DNA of 64,000 nt from Vulcanimicrobiota bacterium (GTDB lineage Bacteria > Vulcanimicrobiota > Vulcanimicrobiia > Vulcanimicrobiales > Vulcanimicrobiaceae). How positions within the stretch are numbered: the stretch's first letter is position 1; every line of letters begins with the position of its first letter. The notes beneath the pieces were generated by a model. That model did no database searches, was not told the DNA's origin, and saw nothing but the letters and a program-made list of their open reading frames with translations. The position numbers and the translations under genes are program-made. Below are positions 22,064-35,744 of the stretch, piece by piece. The stretch spans positions 288,001 through 352,000 of the forward strand of contig CAWETW010000001.1 of the NCBI GenBank assembly GCA_963812155.1, in the 5' to 3' direction.

Positions 22064-25000
22064 CTACGGCGCGCGAAGGCGACGGACCGGCGCCGCCGCG
22101 ACGCGAGCCTGGGGCGGGGCGCACGAGGTAGAGACCGAGCGGCACGGCGTAGTTGAGTTCGGGAACCGGCATGGCATCGAAGCCGCGCGCCTTGATGTCG
22201 TCGGCCGTCGCCCCGGCCAAACGTCCGCACTGCAACAGCGCCGGAACGACGCTCGGATCGGCCGGATCGAGTTCGTACCACGTCCCGGCGGAGGCCAAGT
22301 GCGGCGTAATCGTCCAGTTCGCCGTCGCGCTGCCGTTGGCAAAGTGATGCTGCAGCTCCGCGAGCGCTTGCGTCGCGACCCCGTGCGCGTCGTTCGTGCA
22401 CAGCGCGCCGATTGCGTGCACTTCGAACGGCGTCTTCGGCGCCGCCGACGGCAGCGCGTAGATGCGGAACGATTCTTGTCCGGCTTGCTGCTGGCGCGCG
22501 ACGAAGTAGAGGCCGACCGAGGGCATGAACGTCAGTTGCGGTACGAAGAAGAGCGTGCTCGACGGCGCGTACAAATGCCGCGTGGTGAGATCGTCGCTAC
22601 GTGCAATGTGTAGCGGCAGGCACCCCGCGACCGAACGGAGTCCGGCCGCGCCTTTGACGATAATCGTGAGCGCGTAGGTCGTGCCTAGGCCGTGATAGGT
22701 GACGGCCGCGCCGGTCACCACCGGTGCCGACATCGAAGACGGATAGCCCGCGGCGGTTTTGGCCGCTTCGATCCGCGCGACGTACGCTTTCAGTTCGGAC
22801 GAGAGCGTCTGCGCTTTGGTCATCGCGTCGCCGCTGCAGCGCTGCGCATCGGCGTTGACGGCGAATGGATCCGGCGGCGGCGACGCCGGCAAAGGCGCGA
22901 AGAACCCGCGGCCGCCGCCGCCGCCGCCGCCAGGGCCTCCCGGGCCGCCGGGCCCGCCCGGGGGTCCGCCTTCTCCGCGCGCGCCACGCGGCAAGTTGAA
23001 GGCCGAACCGGTTTGCGACGACGCCAGGCCCTGACCGAACTTCATTCCATAGGTCATCGAGTACGAACGCGGCGTCAACGGTCGCGCGATCGTTGGGATC
23101 GTTGCCCCGTAGAGCGTTTGGTAGGGCACCGCATTGGCCGGGCCGGCAAAAATGCCCCCGAACGTGTTCGTGATGTTGCTGGCGGCAAAGGTCAACGTTC
23201 CGCGGGAGAGCGCGGCGGTCACGCCGGCATCGAACGTCGTGTATGCCGGCAAGTTGTTCGGATTGTTCTTTGCAGTGTATTGCGCGTCGGCGAGCCACTC
23301 GAGCGCCGAATGCGGCGCTTTATAGTCGAAGACGATCCCGGCTCGCTGGAGCGGTTGGTTCGGCAACTGCTCGCCCGAAATCGTAATCGAGTACGGGTTC
23401 GAAAAGTACGGCGAGCCCGATTCGGCCGTCGAGACGGTGACGTTGTAGTACGGCTGAACGACGAGATTCCCGAAGGTTGCGTAGCCGGTCAACTCGGCGC
23501 CTTGGTAGACGCGCTTCACGCCCGAGATCGGCGTGGAGAAATACAACTGCTGCGGCCCGAACGCGGTGCCGGCCTTGAGATTACAGCCGGCCGCCGAATC
23601 GTAGATCTGTTCGACCTGCGCGAAGTATCCCGGCGGGAAGAGGCCTTGGCCGAGCAAGGCGGAGCCGTTGACGAGCACCGGGAGCAGCACGCCGGCTTGG
23701 ATTTGCCGGTAGAGCTGGAGCGATACGTTGCCGCCGTGCATGGAGTGCGTGTAGCCGGCGCGATACGAGATCGACGAGCTCGGGCCGGGCTCGTCGCCGG
23801 GCGCGCTGCCGTAGGCGGTGTCCTGCGGCGGATTTCCCGAACACGTAAAGCGCAGCGACGCCGGATCGCTGAGGATATTGACGCGCCCCGGATTGCCGGC
23901 CACGCCGCCCACGGCATACGAGGCGCTGTAGCTGTCGAATGGCGTCGGACGCCACGTCGCTGCCAAGCTTCCGAGTGCGGTGACGCCCTCGGAACCGGTT
24001 GCGCTGCTCGCGCCGGCCGACGCGGCCAACGTCAGCCGATCGCTCGAGTGCATCGTGTCGGTGACCGTGATCGCGCCGTAGTCGCTGGTGACGCTGCCGT
24101 TGTAATACGGTGCGGACTGCGGAACCAGCGGCGAGGTGACGTTCTGCGACGAGGTCCCGTAGGCTTGGAGCGAGATCGTGTGCTTCTGTTTGGCCGGCAA
24201 CGTCGCGTTGACGACGAAGCCGGTCGTTTTCGTCAGCGTATTGAACCCGTTCGGATCGCTCGTGGGCTCGGGAAGCGGACCGGTCGAGACGTCGATGTAG
24301 CGGTTGAGCTGGTCGAGATCGTTCGTCGACGTGCTCGAAAAGAGCGACGCTTGCAGCTGCGTCGCGCCGAGCAGCGCGTTGTCGGTCAGCGAGTAGAGCT
24401 GGACGCTGCCGTTGTTCCAGTTATCGGGACCGTAGCCGCAGGGCAACGCCGGCGAAGCGCCCTGGCGCAGGCAAACGATCTCGGTGTTGCGCGCCGAGTT
24501 GAGGAACGTTCCGGTCAACGCCTCCGCATCGCCCAACTCGTAGCGCAGTTTCAACAGGTTGCCCGAATAGTCGGTGTCGCCGTCGTGATTGTACGCAAGT
24601 CCGCTGGCATCGAGGAAGTACTGTCCGTCGACGAGGCTCGGGACCAGCCGGTACACCGTCTGCGCGGCGATTCCCAGTTTCCCGATGGATCCGGTCTCGC
24701 CCACCGAGTAGTTGTACTTGCCGTTGCTGCCGACCGACGTCGTCAGTTGCGAATTCCAGCTCAGGGTCGGCTCGAGCGTCGTAAAGTTCACCGAGCCGCC
24801 GAGCCCGCCGACCTGCGCGCCCATGATGCACGGAGGCACCTTGGAACAAGTCGCTCGCGAAGCCGCGCAGGTTTCCGGCCGTTCCGGGTGCGTTGAGCGG
24901 AATGCCGTCGAGCGTCAGCGCGGTTTGGCTCGCGTCGTGGCCTTCGAGCGAAATCGTTTGTGTCGCGTCGCTATCGTCGCTGCTGGTGGTCACGCTCACG

Positions 25001-25461
25001 CCCGAGAGTTTGTTGAGCGCGCCGGCGAGGTCGTCCGAAAGCCGTCGCTGCGGCGAGTTCTGATCGATACTCGTCGACGAGATGACGGCCGAAGCTTTGA
25101 CGCTGACCGTTCCGATGACTTTCAGACCGCCGGTATCTTGAACGAGCGCGACCGCGACGTTGACGAGCCGGCCGTTGACGACCTCGAACGAAGTCGACGT
25201 GAGGCTCTGGTAGCCACGCTTGACGATGCGCGCGCGATAGATGCCGTCGGGGACGTCGGTGAACTTCACGGTGCCGTTGGCGCCGGTGATTTCCGACGTG
25301 ATGACCGCACCGTCGAGCAACACCCGGGCGAGTCCAATCGGTTGTTTGCTTGCGGCGTCGATCACGACGATCGTAATCTCGCCCGAATCGGATTGCGAGA
25401 ACGCGGGTACGGCCAACAGCGCGACGGCGAAAGCCAGTCCCGCGGCAATTATCCGGAACAT
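22064..25461 (-). CDS. TonB-dependent receptor-like protein with carboxypeptidase-regulatory N-domain and long C-terminal extension (frameshifts near 24826 and 22072)
   Basis: Signal peptide, CarboxypepD_reg-like domain, plug motif ISLEGH...LTLDGIPL...GGSVNF, barrel end LPAYTTFDAG...SNITN...PRSYSMTYGMKF; 3' end approximate. Confidence 0.75.
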
Positions 25462-25533
25462 GCTCGCCGGGAATTGTAAGCGGCGGATCCTCAAGAGTCC
25501 CTGTGACCTACGGCGCGCGTCGTGTGAAGGCGA

Positions 25534-26922
25534 TTAGAGTCTGATGGTGACGGCCGTGCCGTGCCCGGGAGCGCTATCGATCGCGATGTCGCCGCCGGCG
25601 CGCTCGACCGCGCGCTTGGCGATGGCGAGTCCAAGCCCCGTCCCCGCAATTTCGCCGCGTTCGTCGCCGCGATAGAAGCGCTCGAAGGCGTGCACGCGCT
25701 CCGATTCGGACATCCCCGGCCCTTCGTCACGGACCGTGATGATGGTGTGGCCGTTGGTTCGCGCTGCGCCGAGGTGAATCGGTGCCTCAGGCGCGTACTT
25801 GAGCGCGTTCTCGACGATGTTCCAGATGGCTTCGCCGAGTTCGCTGCGGTCGGCTTCAATCGTACGGACGCCTTGAATGCTGTAGTCGATGACGCGGTGG
25901 TCGTCGAGCCGGCGCGCAGCTTCGCACTGTCCGCGCAGGAAGTCGCCGACGTCGATCTCTTCCACGCGCGGCACTGCTTCCGAATCCAGGCGCGCAAGCC
26001 GCATGAGCCGGTCGATGAGGCTGCGCATGTGCTCCTTCTCGAGCGACATGGTGGAGAGGATCTGTCGCGCGATGGTCGGCTCTTCGATCGCGCCCCGGCG
26101 CAAAACGTCGATATAGCCGCCGATGACGGTCAGCGGCGTACGCAGTTCGTGCGACGCGTCGGCGGCAAACTGTCGCATCCGCTCTTCCGCCCGGCGCCGG
26201 TCGTCCATCACCGCGGCGACGCTCGCGGCCGCGTCGTTATACGCCTGCGTGAGCGACGCGACTTCGTCGCCGCCTTTCATGATGAAGCGGCGTTGCGTAT
26301 AGTCGCCGCCCGCCAGCGCTTCGAGCGAGCTGCTGACTTCCTCGATCGGCTGGAGTGCTCGCGACGCGAAGAGGCGCCCGGCATACCACGAGATGCCCAT
26401 GGCGAGAATCGCGATCGTCAAGACGATGCGCCAGTACGGCACGAGCGACACGAACAGCAGCGGCGTCGACGAAACGAAGGCGACGTATCCGCCGTTGACG
26501 GCGGCCAGTGAGAGCGGATCGAAACGCGTCGGATCCGGAGGAGGCGGTCTTCCGGGCCCGTGTGGAGGCGGGCGGGGAATGAAGTGTTCCATGCCGCCGA
26601 GTGCGAGCACGCGATCGAGCACCTTCGGCCGAAGATCCTTATCGCCGGCGAGATAATGACCTTTCGCATCGAAAACGGTGACGCGCAGGCCGATGCCGCT
26701 CAGAGCCCCCACGATCTCCGGAGCGGCCTGTGCGAGCGACATCCCCTCGCGATGGAAGCGATCCGCGAGAATGCGAGCCTCTTCATGCTTGGCGATCACT
26801 ACGTCCACGGTGAACCTGGACAGCTCCAGGACGAGCGCGCCGGACGACGCAAGGATGACGATCAGCACCGTCACGATCAACAGCACCGCGTACAGCGCGG
26901 AGAGTCGTGAGGCAAGCTTCAT
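25534..26922 (-). CDS. HAMP-domain sensor histidine kinase
   Basis: FAADASHELRTPL, NIVENALKY, DEGPG, GTGLGLAI; two TMs. Confidence 0.93.
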   Translation of the reverse strand: MKLASRLSALYAVLLIVTVLIVILASSGALVLELSRFTVDVVIAKHEEARILADRFHREGMSLAQAAPEIVGALSGIGLRVTVFDAKGHYLAGDKDLRPKVLDRVLALGGMEHFIPRPPPHGPGRPPPPDPTRFDPLSLAAVNGGYVAFVSSTPLLFVSLVPYWRIVLTIAILAMGISWYAGRLFASRALQPIEEVSSSLEALAGGDYTQRRFIMKGGDEVASLTQAYNDAAASVAAVMDDRRRAEERMRQFAADASHELRTPLTVIGGYIDVLRRGAIEEPTIARQILSTMSLEKEHMRSLIDRLMRLARLDSEAVPRVEEIDVGDFLRGQCEAARRLDDHRVIDYSIQGVRTIEADRSELGEAIWNIVENALKYAPEAPIHLGAARTNGHTIITVRDEGPGMSESERVHAFERFYRGDERGEIAGTGLGLAIAKRAVERAGGDIAIDSAPGHGTAVTIRL

Positions 26923-26937
26923 CGCGTTAAGGCTTCG

Positions 26938-27615
26938 CTATTGCGAAAGGCCGTACCCCACACCTCGAACGGTTCGGATGAACGACCCGGGCTCGCCGGG
27001 CCGATCGATCTTGGCGCGCAGGTATGAGATGTAGGTTTCGACGATGTTCGGGCCGCCCTCGAAATCGTGCCCCCACACGATCTCCAGCAGATGGTCTTTG
27101 CTGAAGACCCGCCGCGGTTCGCGCAAGAAAACTTCCAACAGATCGAATTCACGCTGGGTAAATTCGAGCGGCTCCTTCCCGCGCCATGCCTCACGCGTTC
27201 CCGGATTGATGGCGATATCGCGCCAACGAAGAACGTTCTCCTCGATGAGCTGGGGCCGCCGCAGTTTGGCCTGAAGCCTCGCGATCAGCTCCTCAAAGAC
27301 GAACGGCTTCACGAGATAGTCGTCGGCCCCCGAACTAAGGGAGCGGACCTTGTCGTCGGTGCCACCCTTGGCCGTCAGCATGAGGATCGGCGCTTGCGTG
27401 ATTTCCCGCAGTCGCGGCAAGAGCGTCACGCCGTCGATCTTCGGCATCATGATGTCGAGAACGATGAGCTCGGGGTCGAACGCCTTGACGAGTTCCAGTG
27501 CAGCAAAACCGTCGGTTGCCGTCTTTACTTCATAGCCTTCTCGCGAAAGGCCCAATTCGAGCATTTCCCGGACCATTCGGTCGTCGTCAATGACCGCTAC
27601 ACGAGCGTTAGGCAT
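26938..27615 (-). CDS. OmpR/MprA family response regulator
   Basis: VIDDD, LDIMMP, GADDYLVKPF, IRTVRGVGY. Confidence 0.93.
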   Translation of the reverse strand: MPNARVAVIDDDRMVREMLELGLSREGYEVKTATDGFAALELVKAFDPELIVLDIMMPKIDGVTLLPRLREITQAPILMLTAKGGTDDKVRSLSSGADDYLVKPFVFEELIARLQAKLRRPQLIEENVLRWRDIAINPGTREAWRGKEPLEFTQREFDLLEVFLREPRRVFSKDHLLEIVWGHDFEGGPNIVETYISYLRAKIDRPGEPGSFIRTVRGVGYGLSQ

Positions 27616-27673
27616 AGTATACATCTACGTTGCATCCTGGGGCCGGGACCTTGGAGCGCGCTGAACCAGGGTG

Positions 27674-28129
27674 CTACGCCGCTCGCAAAGGGGACCGCCA
27701 GCGCGAGACCCGCTGTCCGCAAACCAGCGACGCCTGTTCGATGCTTTCCAAGGGGTGGATCATCATGCAGACGCCGGCCGCTGCAAGTTCCGCGTCCATC
27801 CGAGCATCCGGCGACCAACGGGCGAACAGGTGGATTTCCGGCGTCCCGGCCGCCCGGGCGACCTGGCCGATCACCTCGGCAAGGGAGCATTCGCGCCGTT
27901 CCAAGAGCGGCTCGACCACGGCCTCGCGGAAGTACCGGCGGCTTGATCCCGAGATCATCGCGATGATCCGGGAGAGCTCGGCCGGATCGGCCGCCTCGAA
28001 GTCGATGATGGCTGCCTTCACGATCTCGGCGAGACGCCGGTCGGTCTGCGCGTGAAGCGTTGCGCCGGCGATCGACGCCTCGGGCCCGGCCGTCAGGAGC
28101 GCTCCAGCCCCAATCAAATACTCGTCCAT
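27674..28129 (-). CDS. Hypothetical protein
   Basis: GGGAG SD before ATG 28129; globular-looking composition, no family recognised. Confidence 0.55.
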   Translation of the reverse strand: MDEYLIGAGALLTAGPEASIAGATLHAQTDRRLAEIVKAAIIDFEAADPAELSRIIAMISGSSRRYFREAVVEPLLERRECSLAEVIGQVARAAGTPEIHLFARWSPDARMDAELAAAGVCMMIHPLESIEQASLVCGQRVSRWRSPLRAA

Positions 28130-28186
28130 ACTCCCAGTTTGGGACCCAAGAGTGCCAACTGGCTGGCTTTCAAGTTCTGAGGGCAC

Positions 28187-28217
28187 AAAAATAGAGGCGC
28201 CGCAGATGCGGCGCCTC
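28187..28217 (-). terminator. Rho-independent terminator
   Basis: Perfect 10-bp stem GAGGCGCCGC/GCGGCGCCTC followed on the minus strand by TATTTTT. Confidence 0.75.
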
Positions 28218-28354
28218 CCGCCCACAACCCGGTTTGTGGAGGTTCCCGTGCCGTCGATGGGCCGGTACGGGAGAGCTGAGAGCCCGGGTTGTTTCGCTCG
28301 GGTGTGGGCACTCGAGCCTTTCCTTAGCAGTAGATCGTTAGGGCTTGTAACGCC

Positions 28355-28426
28355 TCACGCGATGAGCGTGGGTGGCGTCACGATGCTTACGATCAGCCCT
28401 AAGAGCATGAGGAGCATGTGATGCAT
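28355..28426 (-). CDS. Unannotated 23-aa hydrophobic peptide MHHMLLMLLGLIVSIVTPPTLIA
   Basis: GGAGG SD at 28436-28440, 9 nt before ATG; hydrophobic core; lies between the LuxR stop and a terminator. Confidence 0.6.
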   Translation of the reverse strand: MHHMLLMLLGLIVSIVTPPTLIA

Positions 28427-28492
28427 AGTTGCCAACCTCCCAAGAAACGGTGAACATGGGCCTAGGTTAGCCCGTATAGCCTCGTCAGGTCC

Positions 28493-28510
28493 CTAGGTCA
28501 AATTACCTAG
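28493..28510. promoter_or_regulatory. Candidate operator palindrome CTAGGT-N6-ACCTAG
   Basis: Perfect 6-bp-arm inverted repeat; another CCTAGGT half-site at about 28461. Confidence 0.45.
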
Positions 28511-31014
28511 TCCAGAATGCCGGCGCGCCGGCTCAGAACGAGCGCTTGGACACGACCGTTGCAACGCAGTTTCGAGATCACGTTGCCGATGTGGTTTCTG
28601 ATTGTTTTCACTGTACAGTTCCGACGAAACGCGATCTCTTTTGGGCTGAGTCCTTCTGCCAATAACCGAATTGTCGCTATCTCTGCTGCAGTTAGCTGTT
28701 CTCCGGTTGATCGCTTCGTCTTCGCGCTCAAAGCAGCAAATGTCGCCCGCAGCAATCGAGTCAAATGCGCATAGCCCAATGGTTCCAGCCGATCGAGTAA
28801 AGGTGCGCCCGTCTCGATCGTTGCCATATCGCTGGAACGTATTTTTGAAACGGTTTCAACGCCGATACGCCTGATAAGCGCCGTGACCGGGTCATCTGTG
28901 TCCGTTCCAATTCGCCCACAAATGCGTTCAGCGTGAGCGAGCCTACCATTTGCTGCTTCGGCTAACGCGCAGCAAAGTAGAGCCGTCGCAACGGATCTAT
29001 GCGAAAAAGGACCTTCAGTCGTAAGCCCTGCCGTAAGACAAAGTATCTCTTCCGTCAAGGTTACAGATGCCGCACGTTTATCATCAATTGCTAAGAAGAG
29101 CGCACACTCTGCGCCGGAAACGACGCGATCAATATCGTGATGAAGCATGCGCCATGAACCGGCCAGCAAGCGGTGTGCCTCTGCAAACTTACCCTCCCAG
29201 GCGAGCCTAAGGGCCGCGGGCGGTACGAGATAGTGGCTCCGGGACTGGTCTCTAGCCTTTGCGCTAGCCAAGCGATGCTCAATATCGACGCTTTGCTGTA
29301 GATTTCCACAACGCAACTCTGCAACGAGTAATTGTAACATTGACGTTTCTATATCGAACGCATCTCCAGCCTTGTTCGCCTCTTCAGCCGCCTTTTGTGC
29401 GTACCAGAGTTGCCATTCGACATCATCGAATGCGTGAAGCATGAGATTAGAAAGGTTGGCATATGCCCTGCTCGCCAAACTAAACAACTCCAGCTCGCTC
29501 GCGAGTTCTGCGGCTTGTGAGAGGAGCTTTCTAGCCGAGCCGTTCTCGCCGACGTACATTGCGGCAACGCCCAAACGCTGGAACACCTTTGCACGAACCG
29601 AATCCGGTTCCAACCTGCGAAGAATCGCTTTTACCCTCCGCATCGCCTGCATTGCTGCGCCACGCTGTCCTGATCGCGCGAAGTGGGCGGTCAGTATTGA
29701 AAGCGCTTCCGCTCTTTGAGCGGCCGATTGGCGCCTATCAAGCGAAATGGGATTTAGTAGCTCCGTTATGTCTTCACCCCGATTTGCCATTAGAAGTGCA
29801 AGCCTGAACGTAGCAGTCGCGACGAGCTCGCGGTCGTTTTTGGCGTGAGCAATTGAACGACGTAAGAGCGCTTCGGCGCGGACGGGTTTACCGGCCAGGG
29901 ATTGCAGAACGCCACGAAGCGCAAGTATGCGCGGATTCGTGCGGCGCGAGGGTTCATCCAGCGCCACAACGGCATTGGAAACGCATTCCGCGCGCCCGCG
30001 CTCCAGCAGATCGAAGCCGCTCGTTTCCAGAATACGGAGAAGGTCGGGCTGCGATCGCGCAGGTCCGTACGTGATGAGTGCGGCTTCCATCTGTCCGGCG
30101 GATTCGAGCGCTTTTGCCGCCCGGAGGTTAACCGCGGCATACCGGTGACTGCCGGCGAGAGCCGTCTGACGGCGCAAGAAATCGCGAACGATGGTTGACG
30201 TGCGAAAGCGACGATTCTCCTCAAAGAGAAGCCCCGTATGCTTTCGCGTCACTTCCAAGGTTTGCAAGGCGTCGGGAAATCCGGCGATCTCGAGTATGCC
30301 GGCGTCTATTTCGGGCAGAGCGGCCGCGACCTCGAGCAACTCGCGCTCGCGGTCGCCCAGCACCGGATAAACTTGATCGCGCAGATAGTCCATCGCGGTT
30401 TCCCGAACGAACGTCCGAACGTCGCGCTTTGCCATTCCGCTCTTCAGCGCTCTGACGGCTATTGCGACGGCTGCCGGCCAGCCCTCGGTAAGGGCGGCGA
30501 TTTCAGCGATGTCATCGGCTTCAAACCCTACACCCGAAAGACGGCACGCCTCCGCAATTTCCTCATCGGTGAAGCGCAAATCGCAAACGCCGATCGGCAA
30601 TTCGCAGTTGCCTTGCGCGAGCCACGTGCCCACCGGCAGCGCGTCAACCGCTCGCGTCGCGACCACCCAACGCGCTTGTACGTTTTCAGCGATGAGCTCA
30701 ACCAGGCCGCGAGCCGTTTCGGCGGAAGCCCGCTCGAATGCGTCGACGACGACGGTGCCGCGAAACTGTTTCGAGATAACCGATGTGTCGAACGCTTCGT
30801 TCGTCACGTCGATGGCGATCGTTTCTTCGGAATGTTGGGCGAGATACTGTTGCAGCGCTATCGACTTGCCGTAACCGGCAGATGCAGCAACCAATACGAT
30901 CCGCCGCTCACTCGCTTTGGCGAACCGCTCGACCACTCGCGGGCGCGCCACGATCTCGGCATCGATTCTGCTTTCCCGAAACGACGATGCACCTCGATCT
31001 GAAATCGAACGCAT
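28507..31014 (-). CDS. MalT-like ATP-dependent LuxR-family regulator (AAA + TPR-like + HTH)
   Basis: Walker A ASAGYGKS, LRFTDEE, EGWPAAV, helical TPR-like middle, C-terminal LTAAE...GLSPKEIA...KTIRNHIGNVISKL. Confidence 0.88.
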   Translation of the reverse strand: MRSISDRGASSFRESRIDAEIVARPRVVERFAKASERRIVLVAASAGYGKSIALQQYLAQHSEETIAIDVTNEAFDTSVISKQFRGTVVVDAFERASAETARGLVELIAENVQARWVVATRAVDALPVGTWLAQGNCELPIGVCDLRFTDEEIAEACRLSGVGFEADDIAEIAALTEGWPAAVAIAVRALKSGMAKRDVRTFVRETAMDYLRDQVYPVLGDRERELLEVAAALPEIDAGILEIAGFPDALQTLEVTRKHTGLLFEENRRFRTSTIVRDFLRRQTALAGSHRYAAVNLRAAKALESAGQMEAALITYGPARSQPDLLRILETSGFDLLERGRAECVSNAVVALDEPSRRTNPRILALRGVLQSLAGKPVRAEALLRRSIAHAKNDRELVATATFRLALLMANRGEDITELLNPISLDRRQSAAQRAEALSILTAHFARSGQRGAAMQAMRRVKAILRRLEPDSVRAKVFQRLGVAAMYVGENGSARKLLSQAAELASELELFSLASRAYANLSNLMLHAFDDVEWQLWYAQKAAEEANKAGDAFDIETSMLQLLVAELRCGNLQQSVDIEHRLASAKARDQSRSHYLVPPAALRLAWEGKFAEAHRLLAGSWRMLHHDIDRVVSGAECALFLAIDDKRAASVTLTEEILCLTAGLTTEGPFSHRSVATALLCCALAEAANGRLAHAERICGRIGTDTDDPVTALIRRIGVETVSKIRSSDMATIETGAPLLDRLEPLGYAHLTRLLRATFAALSAKTKRSTGEQLTAAEIATIRLLAEGLSPKEIAFRRNCTVKTIRNHIGNVISKLRCNGRVQALVLSRRAGILD

Positions 31015-31105
31015 GCACGTCGATTCTCACCGGAGCAAACGCGCGCCTCCGTTTACTGTTGCTGAAGCTCGGGCTGCCGTACCGCGCAACCGGTTACGCA
31101 ACGCT

Positions 31106-31651
31106 TTACGCTGCGACGAGTTCCACCGCATACGCACCGCAGCGCAGCATTCGAATCGTTCCGGTGCAAAAGTCGTACACGAGCACGCCGCGCAGGCCCT
31201 TACCGCGGTACGCTCGAGCGGCATTGCGAATGGCGCGCATCGCGTCGAGCCGCTTTCCGTCGTTCGCGAGCCGGCGGAATACGACGCCGTAGAGGCCGCC
31301 TCGGCGCCCGTAGAGCACCGCGTCAAACGGACGCGCGGCGGCGCCGAGCGCGACGACGTCGTGTCGCCGAATGGCAAATAGCCGCGACGCTAAACGGCTA
31401 CGGACGAACGTCTGCAGATCGTTGAGAATACGGTCGCGTTCGGCAAACAGGAGGGCGGGACGGATCGCCTGCCCAGCGCGACGCACGAGCCGTTCGAAGC
31501 GGACGAGGGCGTCGTCGGCGAGGACGCGCGGACCGGGAGTGCCGGCGCCGCGCTCCCGCGTCAGGCTCACGCTGGCGATCGCCTCCCGCATGGCGCGTTC
31601 GCTGAGTTTCGGAAGGCGCTTCGCCGCGAGGATCGAGTCCATTGGCGGCAT
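31106..31651 (-). CDS. Hypothetical protein (basic)
   Basis: Open frame filling the gap between rpoC and the regulator; start uncertain. Confidence 0.5.
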   Translation of the reverse strand: MPPMDSILAAKRLPKLSERAMREAIASVSLTRERGAGTPGPRVLADDALVRFERLVRRAGQAIRPALLFAERDRILNDLQTFVRSRLASRLFAIRRHDVVALGAAARPFDAVLYGRRGGLYGVVFRRLANDGKRLDAMRAIRNAARAYRGKGLRGVLVYDFCTGTIRMLRCGAYAVELVAA

Positions 31652-31721
31652 CGTACGCACCGGAAGTGCCATATGGCTGGCACGATGCGTACGCTGCTGC
31701 TAAGAATCTCGAGTGGCGGCG

Positions 31722-31761
31722 CTTCGACGTCGCGCCTTCGGCGCTTCGCTCAGCGTGACAC
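31722..31761 (+). repeat. REP-like palindromic repeat copy downstream of rpoC
   Basis: CTTCGACGTCGCGCCTTCGGCGCTTCGCTCAGCGTGACAC. Confidence 0.75.
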
Positions 31762-31789
31762 CGTGAGCCGCCTCGGCCTCCCGCCGAGG

Positions 31790-35584
<3,795 letters not shown>

Positions 35585-35715
35585 GGGGTTGGGACTCCGT
35601 CGTTCGTGCTGCCGCAGCCGCCGCTGACGCAGGGAGCGCGGCTCACGTTGTCACGTAAGCGGTCCCACCGTTGCCGCTGGCCGCGAGGCGCCAAGACGCC
35701 CGGGCACGGTTTATG

Positions 35716-35744
35716 ATTATACTCGGGGGCCGCCTCGGGGGCAA
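35716..35744 (-). promoter_or_regulatory. sigma70-type promoter of rpoC
   Basis: TTGCCC-N17-TATAAT about 130 nt upstream of rpoC. Confidence 0.75.

Noticed and set aside
22905..22970. GCC/GGC tandem repeats as a contingency locus
   Set aside because: In-frame Gly/Pro linker coding; the run near 19065-19085 is similar.
28114..28311. 65-aa ORF after the peptide gene
   Set aside because: It runs through hairpins and the terminator and overlaps the next gene start; the sequence is better explained as structured RNA.
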